Assembly (NCBI GenBank): GCA_965648915.1
Contig: CBFGIV010000041.1
Location: forward strand, 1 to 20,507
Source of the DNA: a candidate division WOR-3 bacterium
GTDB lineage: Bacteria; Hydrothermota; Tepidihabitantia; SM23-42; CAYGYG01
DNA: 20,507 nucleotides
Reading direction: 5' to 3'
Part shown: piece after piece, positions 16,103 to 20,507 of the stretch
How positions within the stretch are numbered: position 1 is the first letter of the stretch
How the letters are laid out: every line of letters starts with the position of its first letter
Translations under genes and position numbers: made by a program
Notes under the pieces: model-generated
Databases searched by the model: none
What the model was told of the DNA's origin: nothing
What the model saw: the letters and a program-made list of their open reading frames with translations, nothing else

Positions 16103-17322
16103 TTAATTATACCCGTCAGATAGCGCCGGATAAGATCCAGCGCTGCAACTGCTGCCTTCTCCCTGATTCCTCTCCGATCACCACCAAAAATATATTTCTC
16201 CCATAATTTTTCTTTCTTTGTTACCAGCCCAATATAAACGAGACCCACTGGTTTATCTTTTGTTCCACCACCCGGACCGGCAATACCGGTAATACCAATA
16301 CCAATATCGGTATCCAATCGGCTTCGGATGCCTTCGGCCATTACCTGGCAGGTCTCAGCGCTCACTGCTCCATACCGTTCAAGTATCTCTCTTTTAACAC
16401 CGAGTTCTTTTATCTTAACCTGGTTAGAATAGGCGATTATACCACCGATAAAATATTCCGAACTGCCCGGGACATCGGTTAATAATCTGCCCAGAAGTCC
16501 GCCGGTGCAGGACTCGGCAATCGAGATGGTCTTCCTCTCTTTCTTAAGCATCTGACCGATAACTTCATTCAACTCAATCTCGTCCGTGGCGTATATATAT
16601 GGTTGAATCTTTGACTTAATCTGTCCTAAGGTCTTTTCAGAGAGGCTTCTCTCCTCACTGCGCACCAGAAGGTCAACACCTGCCCACCCGGGTAGAAAAC
16701 TTAACGAAAGCTCTTTTGATGGCAAATCAGGCTCAACCAATTCCCAGATCTTTGACTCAGAAATTCCGGTTGTGCGAATCAGGATGCTTGTCTCCTTCTT
16801 TGCTGGAAGAAGGTCGGTCAATATTTTAACAACCTCGGCCTCGAATATTGCTCTAAGTTCAGCTGGCACACCAGGAAAGAAGAAGTAGTGACTGGACCGT
16901 CTTTTGATTAAGAGCCCGGGTGCAGTGCCGATCGGATTCATCAACTTTATCGACCCTTTCGGAATGAATGACTGATTCTCGATCCAGGCGGGTAGTGGCT
17001 TTTCTCTTTTGATAAAGTGGTCAATTATCCTGTTCAAGACTTCCTCATCCTCGACTAGGGGTGTGTTAAAGTGTTTACTTATCACTTTCCGGGTTACATC
17101 ATCCGGGGTTGGGCCAAGACCACCGGAGACAAAGATTATCTTTGCTACATAGCGGGCTTGATTTAATGCCCAGATAATATCCGACGCATTATCACCGATG
17201 GTAAAGACCCTCCTGATCTTCAGGCCAAGGCATAGACACTTCCGCGCCAGATATTGAAGGTTCGTTTCAGCGACCACGCCCTTAAGGATCTCATCACCAA
17301 TTATAATTAATGCTGTATCCAT
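16099..17322 (-). CDS. cinA: competence/damage-inducible protein A (MoCF-like domain + NMN deamidase PncC domain)
   Basis: IGDEILKG, SGGLGPTPDD, NPIGTAPG, PGVPAE, AESCTGG, GAVS, TGIAGPGG..KPVGLVY. Confidence 0.94.
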   Translation of the reverse strand: MDTALIIIGDEILKGVVAETNLQYLARKCLCLGLKIRRVFTIGDNASDIIWALNQARYVAKIIFVSGGLGPTPDDVTRKVISKHFNTPLVEDEEVLNRIIDHFIKREKPLPAWIENQSFIPKGSIKLMNPIGTAPGLLIKRRSSHYFFFPGVPAELRAIFEAEVVKILTDLLPAKKETSILIRTTGISESKIWELVEPDLPSKELSLSFLPGWAGVDLLVRSEERSLSEKTLGQIKSKIQPYIYATDEIELNEVIGQMLKKERKTISIAESCTGGLLGRLLTDVPGSSEYFIGGIIAYSNQVKIKELGVKREILERYGAVSAETCQVMAEGIRSRLDTDIGIGITGIAGPGGGTKDKPVGLVYIGLVTKKEKLWEKYIFGGDRRGIREKAAVAALDLIRRYLTGIIK

Positions 17323-17325
17323 TGA

Positions 17326-17778
17326 TCAAAAGATAAATTTATCAGCGATTAATACCATCAAACCTGCATAGACCCCTGCCAGAACATCGTCGAGCATCAC
17401 CCCGACCCCCCGGCCGATCCTCTCTACCTTTCTTATGGGAAAAGGCTTAAGCACATCCAATACACGAAAGAGGATAAAAGCGAAGAGCAGGAGTCGCCAG
17501 TCAAATCTCTTTATCGGGAAAAATGCAATAAGTAAACCGACAATCTCATCAATCACGATAAAACGCGGATCCGAACCTGCGGTTTGGGTTAGAATCGAGG
17601 AGAGATACAGCCCGATAATAAAAATGACTGCCAGAACCAGAAGATAAAAGATAATCCGGTTATGCAACAGGCACCACAAAGGTAATGCCCAGAGTGAACC
17701 GAATGTTGCTGGAGCAAGGGGCAAAAAGCCAGTATAAAGACCGCTGGCAATAAGGATGTCAACCCGCAGACGGGGCAG
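17326..17778 (-). CDS. pgpA: phosphatidylglycerophosphatase A (probable CTG start)
   Basis: IASGLYTGFLPLAPATFGSL, DP..IVIDEIVG, FRVLDVLKPFPI, GVMLDDVLAG. The frame is open upstream of the track's TTG 17724 to CTG 17778, which has AGGAG 7 nt upstream. Confidence 0.88.
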   Translation of the reverse strand: MPRLRVDILIASGLYTGFLPLAPATFGSLWALPLWCLLHNRIIFYLLVLAVIFIIGLYLSSILTQTAGSDPRFIVIDEIVGLLIAFFPIKRFDWRLLLFAFILFRVLDVLKPFPIRKVERIGRGVGVMLDDVLAGVYAGLMVLIADKFIF

Positions 17779-17781
17779 AGA

Positions 17782-18681
17782 CTATCTCCTCTTTTTGGGT
17801 AATTTCTCTTCTAAGTCAACAACCAGTGCACAGACGACAAAGACCGAGGCATAGGTGCCGAAGATTAGACCGACAATCATTGTAAATGCGAAATCGGCGA
17901 TTACTGGTCCGCCGATAAAAAATAAGAGAAAGAGAGAAATTATTACAAATAATCCGGTCAGCATTGTCCGGGAAAGGGTCTCATTCAGACTGGTGTTGAT
18001 GATCTCTTTAAGGGGTTTACCTCTGATCCTTTTCAAATTCTCGCGCACCCGATCGGAGACGACAATGGTATCATTGATCGAGTAACCAAGCACAGTCAAC
18101 AATGCACCGACTATCGGTATCGTAAATTCTCGAGCAGTCAGGATCAAGGCGCCGATGGTTATCAGAATATTGTGCGTTAGAGATATGGTGGAACATACCC
18201 CGAATCGAAAATCGAATCTGAACCAGATATAAATCGCCATAAGCCCGATGGCGATCAAGATTGCATAGATCGTCTTTCTCGTCATCTCAGCACTGATCTT
18301 AGGCTCAACCACCTCTTTTTCCCTGAGTTCGGGTAAATTGTCTCGAAAATCTTCTCTGAGACATTGCAAGACATCTTCGGCAAACTTGCCGGGATCCTCT
18401 TTGATTTCGGCCCGGATAACAAACTCATTGGTCCCGGAAAGTCTCTGAATTGTTGCCCGGGCTTTACCGAGTTTCTGGAGTGATGTTCGGATGTCACCAA
18501 CCTCTAATGGTTTTTGAAATCTAATCCAGACCAGTGCCCCACCGGCAAAATCAACACCTAATCTCGGACCCTTGATAATCAGAAGCAATAAAGAACAGAT
18601 GACCAGAACACCGGATAAGATGTAGGTGTATCTTCTTTTAGACATAAAGTCGATATTGGTTTTTCTTATCAGTTGCAGCAT
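17782..18681 (-). CDS. secF: protein translocase subunit SecF
   Basis: NIDFM, LGVDFAGG, YIWFRF, GYSINDTIVVSDRVRE, TLSRT, GTYAS. Confidence 0.96.
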   Translation of the reverse strand: MLQLIRKTNIDFMSKRRYTYILSGVLVICSLLLLIIKGPRLGVDFAGGALVWIRFQKPLEVGDIRTSLQKLGKARATIQRLSGTNEFVIRAEIKEDPGKFAEDVLQCLREDFRDNLPELREKEVVEPKISAEMTRKTIYAILIAIGLMAIYIWFRFDFRFGVCSTISLTHNILITIGALILTAREFTIPIVGALLTVLGYSINDTIVVSDRVRENLKRIRGKPLKEIINTSLNETLSRTMLTGLFVIISLFLLFFIGGPVIADFAFTMIVGLIFGTYASVFVVCALVVDLEEKLPKKRR

Positions 18682-18685
18682 CTCG

Positions 18686-20233
18686 TTATATCCTGAGTTT
18701 TGAAATTTCGAAACGCGTGGTAAAATAGTCGAACACCGCCTTGGTAACGAATACGGCGGTTAGCAAATTTGCCACCAGCCCAATTATCAGGGTCAGGGCA
18801 AAACCACGAATCGGACCCGTCCCCAAGATATAAATGACTATTCCGGTGATGATCGTCGTAACATTAGAGTCAAAAATCGCAAGCCAGGCCCGGGCATAAC
18901 CCTGGTCAATAGCCGTGCGCACGGTTTTACCGATGGCCAGTTCTTCCCGGATCCGTTCAAAAATAAGAATATTGGCATCGACCGACATCGCAATCGTCAG
19001 GGCGACACCGGCGATACCAGGCATTGTTAAGGTCCCCTGGAAGACCGAGAGGATACCAATAAGCATCAGGATGTTTAAACAGAGAGCAAAATTAGCCACT
19101 AATCCGGAAAGGGAATAATAGATCATCATAAAAACTACAACAAAGATGGCACTCAACAGAGATGCCCGCAAACCTTTGGTAATCGAATCGCGCCCCAGAG
19201 ATGGACCAACTGAGCGCTCCTCAATAATTCTTACCGGCGCGGGTAAGGCACCGGCCTTCAGGACAATCGCCAGGTCTCTTGCTTCTTCGGGCGTGAACCG
19301 GCCCGTAATCATAGCCCGGCCCTGGGGTATCCGTTCTCTAATCTCCGGTGCCGACTGGACAACGCCATCGAGGACAATTGCCAGTTGCCGACCAATATTG
19401 GCTCCGGTTATTGCAGCAAATCTACTGGCTGCCTTACGATTAAATTCAAGTTCGACAATCCAGGAACCCATTAAATTTAAGTCCGTCCCCTGCCACGGAC
19501 CATGTGTAGCGTCCCGGATTGCATCACCTTTAAGTTCAGCCGCCTTTTTAAGGAGATATACCGGACGCATCGGCTTCCCCTTAAAATCCTGTTTTAAACC
19601 AAAGGCAAATTCAACATCACCAGGGATCAAAGACTCAGCCTGTGCAAGCATCTTGCGAACTGTATCCTCATCCCTGATATCTATGGCAAAGGCACCCCGG
19701 GAAAGAGGAGTGAAAAATTCACTAAAAGGAATCTCCTCGATAAAGGCTGTATCGCGCATTTGAATCTTTTCCTGCTTCTGGAAATATCGGTCCAGGGATT
19801 TCATAATATCCATTGTCCGTTTTTCGTCTTCAACCAGTTTAAACTCGAGGAGTGCAACCTGTTTAATTAAGTTAATTGCCCTTTCCCGATCAACCCCGGG
19901 TAGTTGAATCATAATCCTGTCACCGCTCATCTTTTCGATTGTTGGTTCGAAGACACCAAATTGATCAATACGATTTCTGATCACCTCTAACGCACGGTCA
20001 ACTGCGCCCTTTGCCTCTTCCTCAGAGAGATTCGTCTTGTCAACCGATAAAACAAGATGCATCCCCCCTTTAAGATCAAGTCCGAGATGAATTGCCTTTT
20101 TCTGAAGTGAAGCAACTTCATCTTTTTCCAGGGATTCACCGCCTGTATAGAGCCGGATCGTCGGATAGATAGCATAGATCGCAGCAACGATCAGCAGGAT
20201 TACGATGATAAATCGAATTGTAACATTTCTCAT
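18686..20233 (-). CDS. secD: protein translocase subunit SecD
   Basis: LGLDLKGG, RNRIDQFGV.EP, LAIVLD, LKAGALPAP, VGPSLG, VDANILIFERIRE, DSNVTT, RGFALTL. Confidence 0.97.
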   Translation of the reverse strand: MRNVTIRFIIVILLIVAAIYAIYPTIRLYTGGESLEKDEVASLQKKAIHLGLDLKGGMHLVLSVDKTNLSEEEAKGAVDRALEVIRNRIDQFGVFEPTIEKMSGDRIMIQLPGVDRERAINLIKQVALLEFKLVEDEKRTMDIMKSLDRYFQKQEKIQMRDTAFIEEIPFSEFFTPLSRGAFAIDIRDEDTVRKMLAQAESLIPGDVEFAFGLKQDFKGKPMRPVYLLKKAAELKGDAIRDATHGPWQGTDLNLMGSWIVELEFNRKAASRFAAITGANIGRQLAIVLDGVVQSAPEIRERIPQGRAMITGRFTPEEARDLAIVLKAGALPAPVRIIEERSVGPSLGRDSITKGLRASLLSAIFVVVFMMIYYSLSGLVANFALCLNILMLIGILSVFQGTLTMPGIAGVALTIAMSVDANILIFERIREELAIGKTVRTAIDQGYARAWLAIFDSNVTTIITGIVIYILGTGPIRGFALTLIIGLVANLLTAVFVTKAVFDYFTTRFEISKLRI

Positions 20234-20241
20234 AAAAAATC

Positions 20242-20269
20242 ATTTTATCCAGATTTGCCAAAAAGTCAA
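20242..20269 (-). promoter_or_regulatory. sigma70-type promoter of secD operon, predicted leaderless or near-leaderless
   Basis: Minus strand TTGACT (20269-20264), 16 bp, TAAAAT (20247-20242), 8 nt, ATG 20233; no SD. Confidence 0.7.
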
Positions 20270-20507
20270 TTATAATCTATAGATAGCCTGAGAGATCTTA
20301 ACCAGAATCGAAATCTGTCCCACCCGCATTTGTTAAACTTACTCTTTCAATAATATCCACAAGCAAATCCCTATGTTCTACAGCAATGCCGAATGAATTT
20401 TTTTCTCACCTTTAGTTTTTAATTTTAGTTTAAGAAATCAATGGTTTTGATTATTCAATAGACCTTTATTAACCATCCCCAAAGTTATTTTTTCTCACTT
20501 AACTTTT

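Noticed and set aside
4389..17784. Genome-wide UAG recoding suggested by the in-frame secF/pgpA junction
   Set aside because: Other TAG stops (M24 peptidase, ferredoxin, C-N hydrolase, Spy-like) end proteins at plausible family C-termini, and no CDS needs readthrough
19146..19763. 205-aa plus-strand ORF
   Set aside because: Antisense shadow of secD with no motifs
663..20187. Remaining short ORFs in the track that overlap assigned genes
   Set aside because: All lie antisense or out of frame within well-supported CDSs and show no family signatures
1..20507. CRISPR array, transposase/integrase, tRNA/rRNA, known riboswitch, defence system
   Set aside because: No periodic repeats, terminal-repeat elements or recognisable motifs found by eye; a covariance-model scan was not possible

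Overview
A 20.5 kb bacterial chromosome segment that is mostly housekeeping and anaerobic metabolism, with 20 credible CDSs and no recognisable mobile element, CRISPR array, rRNA or tRNA. Plus strand: murA-ispG-GATase-M24 peptidase, then a four-subunit VOR-type 2-oxoacid:ferredoxin oxidoreductase operon, a TIGR03960/TIGR03936-like radical SAM fusion, RNase E/G and an extended SDR, plus a CaCA-family antiporter. Minus strand: THEP1-type NTPase, C-N hydrolase, Spy/CpxP-like protein, and secD-secF-pgpA-cinA-thpR. The most interesting signals are regulatory. (1) A 13-codon uORF ending in seven consecutive branched-chain residues (MVFSQKILVILIV) overlaps a hairpin that would sequester the SD of the VOR operon, making it a candidate BCAA-sensing translational attenuator. 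(2) Four genes that start transcription units have sigma70-type promoters whose -10 lies 5-8 nt from an SD-less ATG, so they are predicted to be leaderless. (3) pgpA appears to start at a CTG codon behind an SD embedded in the secF 3' end. (4) The radical SAM fusion is coupled to RNase E/G and has no known function. All calls come from reading motifs by eye; no searches were run and the regulatory models are hypotheses.
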